The position numbers were made by a program, and so were the translations under genes. Source: Cetorhinus maximus (taxonomy: Eukaryota). From it: a stretch of 64,000 nucleotides of DNA. The notes below the pieces were generated by a model. The model ran no database searches. It saw only the letters and a list, made by a program, of their open reading frames with translations, and was not told the DNA's origin. The stretch spans positions 37,820,001 to 37,884,000 of the forward strand of contig NC_135884.1 in the NCBI RefSeq assembly GCF_964194155.1, in the 5' to 3' direction. Below are positions 25,086-37,356 of the stretch, piece by piece. Within the stretch, counting starts at the first letter, position 1. Every line of letters starts with the position of its first letter.

Positions 25086-27205
25086 TTGGCAACCATCCAT
25101 CTAAGGAGACGATGGTTTGCGCCCAGGGTGTATGTCACTTCTGTATTGAAAATAATCTGTTGTAGCTGTAGAGGCTGATTCGTGAGTGGTAATCCCTTCC
25201 ACAGTTGGCACAGATGAAAAGCGTTGGCCCAAGTTTGACTGATGTTTTTTCCTTCCAGCAGGCTCTCTTTTCTGCCATCTGGTCATTTCTTTTTGCCTCT
25301 GCTTTTTCCACACCTTTACTGACTGCTTGTCTCAGGCACTCCGGTCAGCAGCGAGAACTTCCCATGTATTGATTCCAATCCCAATCAACTTGAAGTCTGG
25401 CTTGCAGACATCCTCGTATCGCAGACTTGGGCAAATTGTCAGTCTCGTGCCAAAAGCAAGCTCGCCGCCTTTGTGATACGGTCATCATGAATCCACTCAC
25501 GTGACCCAGCCAATGGAGTCGCTGCTACTCAAGAGGATAAACATACTGGAGGTCCCTATCACTGGTGTACTTCCATGTTCGGCACTCTGTCTTGCCAGGG
25601 GATGGCCAATATTCATCTGAGACAGCAGAGGTAGAAGCTGTTCAGCCACTTTTGTTGGTTTGCATAAGTTGTCCAAGCCTTGCTACTGTAAAGGAGGGTG
25701 CTGAGAACATAAGCCTGGTATACAGAGAACTTTGTATTTTCGATTAGGTTGCCTTTGGGCCATAGTCAAATTCTCAACTTTGACATGACAACTGAGGTCT
25801 TGGCAATCCTGGTGTTGATTTCGGCATCAAGGGACAGGCTGCTGGTAATTGTTGATCCAAGGTATGTGAAGTTGTTGACGACCTCCAGAGTGAGGTTGTC
25901 AATGTTGATAGAAAGTGGACTTTCTACGTCCTGGCCCATAACTTTGGTCTTCCTGATGCTAATTGTCAGTCCAAGCTCCTTGCAGGCCCGGGAGACCTGA
26001 TCTACAAGCTGTTGCAAATGAACTTCAGTATGGGATGCCAGCACATCAGCAAACAGCAACTCACAAACTAGGACATTATGCACTTTGGTCTTGGCGTGCT
26101 GTCTTGACAAGTTGAACAGTTTGCCGTTGGCTCTGGCATGCTGCCAGACAGCCTCATTCAAATCGCTGAAAGTATACAGTAGCAGCATGGAGAACAATAT
26201 GCCGAAGAGTTGGCGCCAGGATGCAGCCTGCTTTAGCCCACTGCTGATCTTGAAAGCCTCCAGTGATGCTCCATTGTAACTGATGAAACTGCGTGTTCTC
26301 GTGGTAAGAAGAAATGTCACCCAGTAAAACAGGTGGGCAACCTATTTTCCACAGCAGTTTAAAGAGTCCACCTCTGCTGACAAGGTCGAAGGCCTTGGTA
26401 AGGTCTATGGGAGCAATGTAGAGAGGTCTGTGCTGTTCATGGCACTTCTCGTGTCTGCCGAAATGAGAAAATCATGCCAACTGTCGATCTGCCAGCTGTG
26501 AGGATACACCGAGACTCAAGGTAGATGCATGATGCCAGGGTCTGCAATCAGGTCGGAGCAATGCCCCACAATACTTAACAAGGAGATGCCTCGGAAATTG
26601 TTGCAGTCACTGTGTACCCCTTTGTTTTTGTAGAAGGTAACTATTTTTGCATCACACATGTCTTGAGGAACAAATCTTTCCTTCCAGCAAAGACAAAAAA
26701 ATTCACGTAGATGCTGGAGCAGTGCTGGTTTTCCACTTTTGATGATTTCAGGTGGAATGCCATCATTTCTTGGGACTTTACCTCTGGCAAGACAGTCAAT
26801 GGCCTTGATGAGCTCTACTTTAGTGGGCTTGCTATCCAGCTCCTCCATGATAGGAAAGTCTGGAATGGCGCTCAGTGACAATGTTCCCCATTGCCTGGAG
26901 TTCAAGATAGTGCTCCACCCACCTTTCACTCTGTTTACTAGGTTCAGTGATGATCATTCATGTTTTTGTCTTCAAGGGGAGGGGGTAATTTGGTTGCAGC
27001 TGTGCCTGATGCTTTCTTGATTCCTTCATAAATCCCTCCAGCATCCCTGGTTCGGCAGCAGATGTATGCTGTTGCAGAGTTTCAACCAGTACTGTTTGGC
27101 AAGTACCAAGCAGTCTGCTGTGGCTTAATTCTGACAGCTCTGAGAGCATCTAGACTTCATTTGCTGGGAACTTGCTTGTAGTTTATGAGAACTCTTCTCA
27201 TGGTT
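25086..27205 (-). mobile_element. RTE-clade LINE, disrupted
   Basis: KNKG..SDCNNFRGISLLSI.G; GKLFNL.R..AKTKV..ELLFAD; FTYLGS..EINTRIAK; tail catcgtctc..gatggatgg. Confidence 0.9.
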
Positions 27206-27520
27206 GAATACTTTTAAACCTTTAATAACTTCAAGAACATAATCATTCATTGATACAGAATTGTGTATTAATTCATTGCTTACAGTCATCCATCCCCCTG
27301 TAAAAACATTTTTTTAAGGCTCTGCATAGTAGGCACCACTACCATAGAGAACACTTTAAACATTTCAAGAATGTAACTGTCAACTACAAGTGGACAATAT
27401 GAACCTGCATCATCTACCTTCCCCTCCCTCAATCAGCTAAACATTTGTTTACATACAGCCTCAAACTAAAAGGTCTTCTTATCTATGATTAGCGCTCTGT
27501 CTATAATAATTATTCACCAT

Positions 27521-27970
27521 CAGCCAAAAAGACAATTTTTGTAATGAATTATATCTCTACCACGTGCACATACATTAACTGCTAAGTACGTGGGTGGGTC
27601 AGCTTCCGTTTTAGTTACACCACACATGGGTCACTCGGTACCTGTGTCAGAAAGTAGTTATATTGTTCACTATGATAAATTATGGATCACACCAAGGTCA
27701 GATATATTTAGCATGGCACAGCCATGTTTGGATGCAATTGTTGACCAGCCAAAAAGACAAATTTTGTAATGAATTATATCTCTACCGCATGCACATACAC
27801 TAACTGCTAAGGATGTGGGTAGGTTAGCTTCGGTTTTAGTTACACCAGATGTGGGTCACTCGGTACCTGTGTCAGAACATAGTTATATTGTTCACTATGA
27901 TAAATTATTGATCACACCAAGGTCAGATATAGTTAGCATGGCACAGCCATGTTTGGATGCAGTTGTTGAC
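27521..27970. repeat. Tandem duplication, 2 x 225 bp
   Basis: 27521-27745 and 27746-27970 align without gaps, about 17 mismatches. Confidence 0.95.
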
Positions 27971-28340
27971 CCCTGCTCACTTATTAGCTATATTTTAACA
28001 TCAGGAGAGCACAGATTGGAGCAACTGGTTTCTACAAAGATTAATAACACTGAAAAATACAAACTGGTCACACGTAAGAAAACATGAGCTGTCACACTGT
28101 ACAGCACAGTGTATCAGGTTACTTAGTTATCCTATCAGGTTACTTGGTTATCCCTCATGCAATATGAAACGCTGCTGGCTTTATTTGGTTTCTTTTACTA
28201 ATTTTGAGCCCATCTAGGTTGCAGGCGGTTTCTCTTCAAAGATTAGGCAGTTTTGTTTGAATGGAGGTAGATCTTATATTTCAGAAGAATCTAATTCTAA
28301 ATGTCGAATTAATTATTGCTGCATAATTAAATTCAGAAAT

Positions 28341-29633
28341 GGTCGGTAGCATTGATGATGACATCTGGGGTCAGTGGCAAAGTAATTGCGCTTGCCACTG
28401 GCTTGAAGAAGGCTGCCTACAATGATTTAGCAATCTTTATGGCATGGAATTCACTTTTCCTAGCATTAATTTGAAGATGGAGTAATTTGACAATTCACAA
28501 ATTTAAAATTAGTTTTTCAGGACCAGAGGTTGCTTAGCAGTAATAATGAACTTAGCACGCCATTAAAAATCTAGTTACACATAATTCAACAAGATTTAAC
28601 TTTTCCAAGGCTTTTTACAGCAAGACTAAAAACGCAAGGAAGTGTGGAGCGATTAATTTTGCTAGAAAGAATGCAGGAAGACAATATTACAAAGGGTACA
28701 ATTCTAAAGGGTGTGCAGGAGCAGGTGTTTATGTGTATAAATCATTGAAGGCAGCAGGACAGGTTGAGAGAATGGTTAATAAAGTGCACGGCATCCTGGG
28801 CTTAAACAACAGGGGCATAGGTTACAAAAGCAAGGAAGTTACATCAAACAAGGATAAAACATGGATTTAACTTCAGCTGGAGCATTATGCCCTGTTCTTG
28901 GCACCACACTTAAGGATGGATGTGAAGGCATTAGAGATGGTGCAGAAAAGAATCATGAGAATGGTTCCAGGAAACATTCAGTTCCAGGAACTTCAGTTAC
29001 ATAGAAATATTGGAGAAGTAGGGGCTGTTCTCCTTGAAGAACAAGAAAAGGTTGAGAGGAGATTTGATAGAGGTACTCAAAATCATGAGGGGTGTGGACA
29101 GAGTATAAAGGGAGGATCTGCCCCCACTGGTAGAAGGATCAAGAACCAGAGGGCACAGATTTAAGGTAATTGGAAAAAGAAGCAATGACGACATGAGGAA
29201 AAGATTTTTCATGCAGGGAGTAGTTAGGATCTGGAATCCACCTCCTGAGAGTGTGGTGGGTCAACTGAGGCTTTCAAAAGGGATTTGGATCATTATCTGA
29301 AAAGGAAAATTGCAGGGTTATGTGGAAAAGGCAGGGGCGTAGCACTAGGTGAATTGCTCCTTCAGAGGGCAAGCACAGACACAACAGGCCTAATGGCCTC
29401 TTTTTGTGCTGTAACTAATATATGATTCAAAGTGGGAGCTCTTGCCAGTTCAGTGATTTATAATTGATTGCAGTCAGCACAGATTTCAACAGCACACCAT
29501 CTGAGAAAGCACAGAATCACTGACAGGAACTTCTGGACCTTCGCATTTAACTGAACATACGTGACTTCAAGTTTCACAGGAGTAATAACAGCAAAAACTG
29601 TTTCTCCATCATTAGTACCGCAAAGTCCAGGTC
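28341..29633. mobile_element. Old Harbinger-type non-autonomous element split by a CR1
   Basis: AAT on both flanks; internal similarity to 31231-31989 (aaaatta.tttttcagg.ccag..cattaaaaa.ctag). Confidence 0.45.
28650..29430 (+). mobile_element. CR1 3' fragment
   Basis: APHLRMDVKALEMVQKR..; LRGDLIEV; CR1 tail. Confidence 0.85.
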
Positions 29634-29832
29634 AATAATATTCATCTAACTCTACAGCTTTCAGATATTTCTGCAAATACTGATATTCCCAGAGAATCTG
29701 TCCCAACTTCCAATAGTCAGTGCCAGATATAAAATGGAATACAATGCAGGAAACATATTTATTCTTTACATGGAAATAGCAATAGCATGCTAATAAGTCA
29801 AAAAATTCAGACATCTAAGAATTGACACAAAT

Positions 29833-30170
29833 GGGGAGGCAATGGTGTAGTGGTATTGTCGCTGGGCTAATAATCCAGAGACCCAGAGAAATACCCTAAG
29901 GACCTGGGTTCAAATCCTGCCATGGTACATGGTGGATTTTGAATTCAATAAAAATCTGGAATTACAAGTCCAATGATGACCATGAAACCATTGTTGATTG
30001 TTATAAAAAACCCACCTGGTTCACTAATATCCTTTAGGGATATTAGTCCTTACCTGGTCTGGCCTACATGTGACTCCAAACCCACAGCAATGTTGTTGAC
30101 TCTTAAATGCTCTCTAAACAAGGGCAATTAAGGAAGGGCAATAATGCAGGCCTAGCCAGTGATGCCCAAA
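29833..30170 (+). mobile_element. tRNA-derived SINE (family A)
   Basis: A-box tggtgtagtgg and B-box ggttcaaatcc; body matches 34969-35338; LINE-A tail. Confidence 0.88.
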
Positions 30171-31230
30171 AGTCCTGGCAGACAGAAATCTAATCATTTT
30201 GGGGATTCCCTGAAATGCACTTGCCACCATTTGATTCAGTCATTCTAGTTTAAATGTCTGATTTAGCTTACAATGTTTTGAAGCATTTACAAACATGAGG
30301 GAATGAGGAATGAGAGCGCTTTCGCCCCTTACAATATAGCCATAAAATTCAATCACCTGTATCGTTCTACCAACAGTCCCAACTCCTGGTGCGACTATCA
30401 CTTAACTCTCTGAACTTCAACACATTCAGCCATGTTTTCCTGTTCCTCCTACGTCAAATGCAAGCTAGAGCAGTTAAATGGCTACTCGTGTTCCTAGGTT
30501 CCTTTGTCCAGTCTTGGTCCTTACAACAGAATTCACAGTCTTCTTCCTAGGGAGCTCCAAATGCTTCAAACTAGAATGTCACATAGAAGCTGCTTAAATC
30601 CATTGCTATGATGAAAATGGCCATAACTTCAGATTGCCTATCTAGATTTGTCCCTTCTGCATCTTCGAGGCTTGCTCTCACCCTCCTGAGATGCAATCTG
30701 GATTAATAATGGGGGTGATCTACAAATCCATCATTTGGCTGAGCAATGTCAACAAGGAGATCACACAGAAACAGCAAAAAAGGGATACAAAGCAGAAGGG
30801 AGACTAAATGGAAGACATCAGAGTGATTGTAAAATATATGAGAGAGAGAGGAGGCATGAAGAAAATGTAGATTTAGAAACAGTTGGTGGCAAACATTAAA
30901 ATACAGATATAATGACAGGAAGTGTATGAGAGCCATTAAGAGAGAAAACATATGGACAGAAAACTTGGAAACAAAAATGAAAAATGGAAAGAAAATACAG
31001 AATTAGAGAATGGATGGTTGATAGAGACAGTATCACAAAAGAACTTTCACAAACTTGATTTTTATTTTTGTCTGAGCAACACCACAGAAGATATTCTGGT
31101 AAAAACATTTAAAAACTGTGTTGTTGTCATGGTTAATGGGGTGCTCTGTACCGCTTGATTGGATTGTTGTTTTGTAACTAGTTCCAGATATCCATTATTC
31201 TTTGTTTATGATCAAGTAATCTAATTCAAT

Positions 31231-31989
31231 GGCCAGGAGTCGGCAGTTAGCGGCAAAACAAGGGCACTTGCTATTGACCTTGAAGGAAGTCTCACTGAGA
31301 GATCTGGTGGTCTTTCTTGCAATAACTTCACCTCTATTGCTGTGCAGTGGTACTGCAATTGATTGCAGCATTCTTTACTGGAAAATTCCTAGCATGGAGC
31401 TGGAATGATGACATCAAGCTGCCCTAGCAGAAAATCACATTAAAGGATTTTCACAGAAACACAAACAGGAAACAAAAAGCAGTAAAATAAAATCATTTTT
31501 CAATGTTTTTATAGATCTAATTAAAGATCAGGGTGTACACATGGGGGTGAAGGTAGAAACCAAAATATTTCTTAAGATAGTTTTTAAAAATTAGTTTTAA
31601 AATCTACTAATTAATCATTTCACATCACAACAAATATAAAATTAATTTTTCAGGGCCAGTTCTGTTGTTCATCAAATTCTATAAATCACATCATTAAAAA
31701 CCTAGCTGCGCCTGATTGAACAAGGTGTAACTTTTTTATGGGATGTCTAACCATGATGTGACAGCAGGAAAGTTGAAATTCTCACTGATTTCAATAATTG
31801 CTGGCTCTGGGGTGCAGGGTGAGGCTCATAATGCAGCCTACGGTGGAGCACTGAGTGATGGACAACTTCAGCATGATTAATATGCACATGCGGAACGACT
31901 TGAAGTTACGGTCAGTTTCAAAGGTAATAATAGGGATGCTGGCCATTTGTCATCATCACTTCCCATTCCACCCACACAAATTTCAGGCC
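31231..31989. mobile_element. Old Harbinger-type non-autonomous element
   Basis: Ends ggccagga.. / ..aaatttcaggcc; flanks AAT/ATT. Confidence 0.5.
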
Positions 31990-32718
31990 ATTACACTTAC
32001 TATAGTATATTCTTATACTAAACTACATGCACAATTATTGAAAGTTGAGCAACTTTAATTTCCTTTTTTCTTCTTCAAACTCAACTTACAAAAATGTTTT
32101 CAGTACCAGTGCATTTTTAAATTGCATGCACTATGTGACCATACATACTGGAGTTACCTCAGGTTAACTGGCAGAAATAGTTCTAGTTGAGCTAAGCGGT
32201 TCATATTCACATTATCATCCCAAAGAGGTAAAGTTTTGTTTTGCCAGTGGCTGAACAGGATCAAACCCTCAGATAATGAATATGGAGATGTACTGCATAA
32301 ATGTTCAATTGTATTAATTATTTGAGTAGTGGGTGTGATTAATTTCATTGTCAAAACCCCGGAGTTGAATCACAAATTGAAGTTAATGTTAGCTGGGGGT
32401 GTAAAACAGGCCACTCATCTGATCCCATTATTTCCCCACTGGCTGAGTTAGGTTAACATTTCCCAAATATTTTCCCTCTATTTCACACACAGCTCAAATC
32501 CTGTTAGTACCTCTCACTTATGAACATACTTAATTCTCTATTTGTGTAAATCTTATGAAGTGTCCAGTAAGGTGAATTTCAAGGGAAGAAGTTCCTTTCA
32601 AATTGGAATGCTAAAGCTCTACATGTTTAATGTAGTGGAAACCTAAAAGGGGGCTATGCTAATTGAAGAGGCTGGGGTAGATATTTTGTAGCTGATACTT
32701 TTTTTCAAACAGCAATTT

Positions 32719-33532
32719 GTCATTTGGTAGTACAGAACTTGAGTATTGCTGAAAAAAGAGACATGTCTAAGCTTTTCGTCTTGCACTCATCAGGACACTC
32801 GCAAGAATATCAAAATAAGAGGAAGAGAGCAATTTATACTGTATGTGAAGAGAATGCTTGGTTGGCAAGTGGTGTTGCCATGGTGAATGCACCACTGATG
32901 GTGACTGACAGTTAACTGCCAAGCATTGTTTGAAATTTAAAATTTAAACCAAGCAGCTTGACCCTGATTGATCAAGTTATTGTCCTGAGGCAGTGAATGG
33001 CTGTCACTTATTTTGTTTAGCTGAAAAAGGTGCAATGTGTGTACATGCTCTTTCTGTCTGCAAAGAACAAGGCCCTGTGTATAATATATGTAGCTTTCAG
33101 TACATGCAAATGCACCACATTGCAGGCCTGACTGACAATCTTAAATTGATTGTCAGCATAATTCTTAGCTCACTCAGGATTACTCAGCAAATGTTGTCCA
33201 ATCGTGGAATCACACCAAATTGGACACTGTGTTTTGAGATTTGCAAGCATGGGCCGGTTGGGTATGGTCTGTATCCTGTCTGTTGCGAACAGTGGCTAGG
33301 ACACTTGAGTGTCCTAGTGGCTGCTTGATATGATCCGACAGTCTTTGGGACAGACCTAGCTTCACACTGGCACTGAGATTCACATACCACATTACTCATT
33401 TGTGTCATAGGCAGACCGTCTTTTTGGCCTGACATAGCATCCTGTATTCACCACTAACAGGATGTTGTATTCTTGCGAGTGTTCTAATGAGTGCAAGACG
33501 AAAAGCATAGATGTGTCTCTTTTTTCAGCAAT
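32719..33532 (-). mobile_element. ORF-less Penelope-like retroelement with inverted hammerhead-bearing ends
   Basis: 66-bp inverted repeats 32744-809 and 33468-533 (5 mismatches); 25-nt extension on one side; 12-bp TSD aaacagcaattt (32707-18, 33533-44). Confidence 0.7.
32763..32798 (-). ncRNA. Minimal type I hammerhead ribozyme motif
   Basis: GUGUC-CUGAUGA-GU(gcaag)AC-GAA-AAGCUU-A-GACAU: intact core, 5-bp stem I, palindromic stem III, UUA triplet. Confidence 0.7.
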
Positions 33533-34907
33533 AAACAGCAATTTCTTTCGACAAATGCAAATTTGCTCGTTACTCGGCATGCCACCAGTTTGTAATGTTA
33601 CGTTACGTGGATAAAATAAAATGTATTGGGACTTTTTGAAAAAAGGAGATCAAATTAGGTGGACTTGGTTATTTTATGTAAAAACATAACAAACCTCCAG
33701 TTATGAGAACAATGGTGGCAACAAACAGCCAAGTTAATTTTGCTTCATTAAAAGTAGGATGCAGTTATCATAAATACATTTAAATCAATTCACTATATCA
33801 GCCTAACATAGTTCTACCGCCATTAAAATGGATGAGATACGCTTAATATTAAATAGAATGAAAATGAATAATGCAGCAGAGAAAATACATAATTAATTTC
33901 CAACAGCTTTTGTTCTATGCCATTGTTGGCAAATAAACATCAAAAATTCAGAAGGACAGCCAAACCATTTACAATCCAAAAAAAATCTGCCAATATGCTT
34001 CCCAATGTGTGTACCTGAATTATAATATATTATTTGTATTACAGACTTAAGCACATTTCCTTCTTTCCCTTCAAACTACAATCAATCATTTGCAACTTTC
34101 TTTTTTACAATTCTTCTCTACAAAAGCCAGTGTTGATCAAGGAAGCAAAGATCTCCCAATTCCAAACAAGTGGATTTTGGTAAAAATCAACTTTACTTTC
34201 CACTGTTCCAAATAAATTCCCTTTTTGAAGATTTGTTTCTATTCCTAAAAGGAGAGATTACAATCAGAAACCCAGGCTTGCAATTCTGGTATGTTAATTG
34301 ACTATCTTTTTTCTCCAAACTGATCAACGGGCTGTTTATACGAGTGATTATGTTGCAAATTTCAACCAGTTTTTTAGAATAAATGAAGAAATACAAGAAT
34401 AGTAAGCTCTAAACGGGAGGTAAATGAATATGGCTAGATAGATGATGCATCAATTCAGCCCCGTATATGAGTCTGAAAGCTATCACACATTTCACTGGAG
34501 ATCTAGGTGAGCAGGACTCAAGTAAAGACCCATGACCTCCAGGCATCATTCTCTGGTTTTTCCTTTCTTGATAAGCTATTAGTGGCTTCAATAGAAGAAG
34601 TCCCAAATTTTGTGCTGCTTCAAATAACTGCTCTCAGAATCTCAAAAATAGCAATTCCTGGATAGAACAGGGTACTTTCTAAATGTTGAAAAGCTAGAAC
34701 AGTGGAGGTCTACAGAGACTTGGGGGTCAAAGTACAGGTCATTAAAATATCTTAAGCTGGTACAGAAAATAATGAAAAAGGCTAATGGAATGCTGATCTT
34801 TACATCTAGAGGCCGAGAATGCAAGGGATTAGAAGCTATGCTTCAGCTAAACAAAGCCCTGGCTAGACAACATTTGGAGTACTGTGAGTTCTGGGCATCA
34901 CGAAATA

Positions 34908-36348
34908 ACATAAGAACATAAGAAATAGGAGCAGGAGTAGGCCATTTGGCCCCTCAAGCCTGCCCTGCAGGGAGGCAGTGGCATGGTGGTATTGTCACTG
35001 GACTGGTAATCCAGAGACCCAGGGACCTGGGGACCCCGGTTTGAATCCCACCATGGCAGATGGTGGAATTTGAATTCGATAAAAAAAGTCTGGAATTAAA
35101 AGTCCAATGATGACCATGAAACCATTGCCAATTGTCATAAAAACCCATCTAGTTCACTAATGCCCTTTATGAAAGGAAATCTGCTGTCCTTACCTGGTCT
35201 GGCCTACATGTGACTCCAAACTCACAACAATGTGGTTGACTCTAAAAAAAATGCCCTCTGAACAAGGGCAATTAGGGATGGGTAATAAATGTTGGCCTAG
35301 CCAGCGATGCCCACATCCCATGAACGAATAAAAAAAAAGATCATGGCTGATCTGCCCCAGGCCTCAACTCCTCTGTTGTGCCAGCTCCTCATAGCCCTCA
35401 ACTCCCCGATATTTCAAAAATCTATCTACCTTTTCTTTAAATGCTTTCAGTGATCTAGCCTCCACAACTCTCTGGGGGAGAGAATTCCAGACATTCACTA
35501 CCCTCTGAGAGAAGAAATTCCTTCACAACTCAGTTTTAAATGAGTGTCCCCTTATTCTGTAGCTATGTCCCCTAGTTCGAGATTCCCCCACTAGTGGAAA
35601 CATCTTCTCAATATCTACCCTGTCAAGCCCTCTCAGATTCCTGTACGTTTCAATAAGATCACCCCTCATTTTTATAAACTCAAATGAATAAAGGCCTAAC
35701 CTGTTTAGCCATTCTTGATAAGTCAATCTCTTCATCCCAGGAATCAGCCTAGTGAATCTCTTTTTAACTGCCTCCAATGCCAGTATATCCTTTCTTAAAT
35801 ACGGAGACCAAAACTGCACACAGTACTCCAGGTGCGGCCTCACTGACACTCTATACAGTTGTAGCAAGACTTCCCTATTTTTAAACTCCAACTCCAACCT
35901 CCTAGCAATACAGGCCAAAATTCCATTTGCCTTCTTAATTACTTGCGGCAGCTGCATGTGTTTCATGCACAAGAACACCCAGATCCCTTTGTGCTGCACT
36001 TTTTTCAAGGCTCTCTCCATTTAAATAATAGTCTGCCTCTTGATTCTTCCTATCAAAGTGCGTGACCTCACATTTTCCTACATTAAATTCCATCTGCCAA
36101 GTTTTTGCCCACTCACTCAACCTGTCTATATCCCTTTGCAGATTCCATATGTCCTCAACACAACATGCCCTCCCAACTATTTTTGTATCATCAGCAAATT
36201 TGGATACGTTACACTCTGCTCCCTCCTCCAAGTCATTAATATAGATAGTAAATAATTGAGGCTGTAGGACTATTCCTTGTGGCACTCCACTAGTTACGTC
36301 TTTCCAACCTGAAAAAGACCCATTAATCCCGACTTTCTGTCTTCTGTG
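34908..36348 (-). mobile_element. CR1 nested in the outer CR1
   Basis: ORFs 35935-36285 (PQG..KFADD) and 35523-36020; (acataaga)n tail at 34908. Confidence 0.92.
34969..35338 (+). mobile_element. Full-length family-A SINE nested in the CR1 tail
   Basis: tRNA-like head, body, LINE-A tail, poly(A). Confidence 0.9.
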
Positions 36349-36764
36349 TTAGAAAAAACAAGGCCTTAGAAGGACTGAAGGATAGATTTACTAGAATGAT
36401 ACCTGGACTTCAAGGGTCAGATTACAAGGAGTGATTAAACAAACTACGGTTGTATTCCCTGGAATTTAGAAGGTTAAGGTGGTGATTTGATCGAAATTTT
36501 CAAAACATATGGGAAACAGATAGGGTGGATTGGAAGAAACAATTTCCACTGATAGGGAAGTCTAAGACTAGGTGGAATAGTTTAAAAATTAGAGCCAATC
36601 TTTTCAGGAATGAAATTAGGAAACACTTCTTCACGCCAAGGGTGGTACAAGTTTGGAACTGTCTTTTACGAAGGACAATTGTTGCTAGATCAATTGTCAA
36701 TTTGAAAACCGAAGAAAGATATATTTATATAGCACCTTTCGCAACCATTCAAATCTCAAGGGTC

Positions 36765-37072
36765 TTTACAGACAAACTTGGATTTACTTGTACTTCTTTC
36801 AATTTAGTATACTGTATTCACTGCTTAGGAAGTGATCTCCTCAAGGGGTGACTAATTGCAGATTGGGTGACCACTTTGTGAAACAATTCTGTTCGGTTTG
36901 CAAGCATGAACCTGAGCTGTCATTTCAATTCTGTGCTTCACTTGCACTCTGACCTCTCTGTCCTAGGCCTCCTATTCTGTTCCAAAGAAGTTCAACCAAA
37001 GCTTAAGGAACAACATCTTTCGAGTAATACTTCATAGCCTTCCAGGCACAGTGAATTCAACAATTTCAAATT
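36765..37072 (+). mobile_element. Penelope GIY-YIG fragment
   Basis: FTCTSFNLVYCIHC..RLGDHF; homologous to 43711-44040. Confidence 0.75.
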
Positions 37073-37080
37073 ATAATCTT

Positions 37081-37356
37081 TGTTATAGGGTGTTAGGTAC
37101 TGTTCAGCAGGTCTCAATGAAGTCTTCATTGTCTTAAGTAGGTAACTGTATATTTTTATTAACCACAAGAGCTATGCACATATATATACAGTAAAGGCTT
37201 CAAACTAGAAGCTATCTCCATGCTTGCTTGTGCACATGGCTCTGTCCAACACTAGAATGATCTCTAGGTGCAGGTCATGTGTTCTCTTCCATCAGTGTGA
37301 GTGGTACTGTACTCAGTCCCACTTTAACCCAAGATGTGCCAGGCCCTTATACTACA
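37081..37356 (-). mobile_element. Gypsy 3' LTR (276 bp)
   Basis: TGT...ACA ends; polypurine tract (reverse complement of cctcccccc) abuts at 37357. Confidence 0.8.

Larger units (their letters stand above)
34655..36712 (+). mobile_element. Old CR1 (outer; 34655-34900 plus 36349-36712)
   Basis: KKANGML..LEYC..WA continues after the insert as RFTRMIPGL..KHFFTPRVVQVWN. Confidence 0.8.

Noticed and set aside
29833-29925. tRNA genes at SINE heads (also 34969, 45055)
   Set aside because: A/B boxes are present, but they run into SINE bodies and do not form a full cloverleaf.
32744-33533. Ordinary TIR DNA transposon
   Set aside because: The TSD is 12 bp and offset 25 nt from one repeat, and the repeats contain a hammerhead core.
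34193-34606. Two adjacent minus-strand ORFs as coding exons
   Set aside because: No recognisable protein similarity or convincing splice-site pair.
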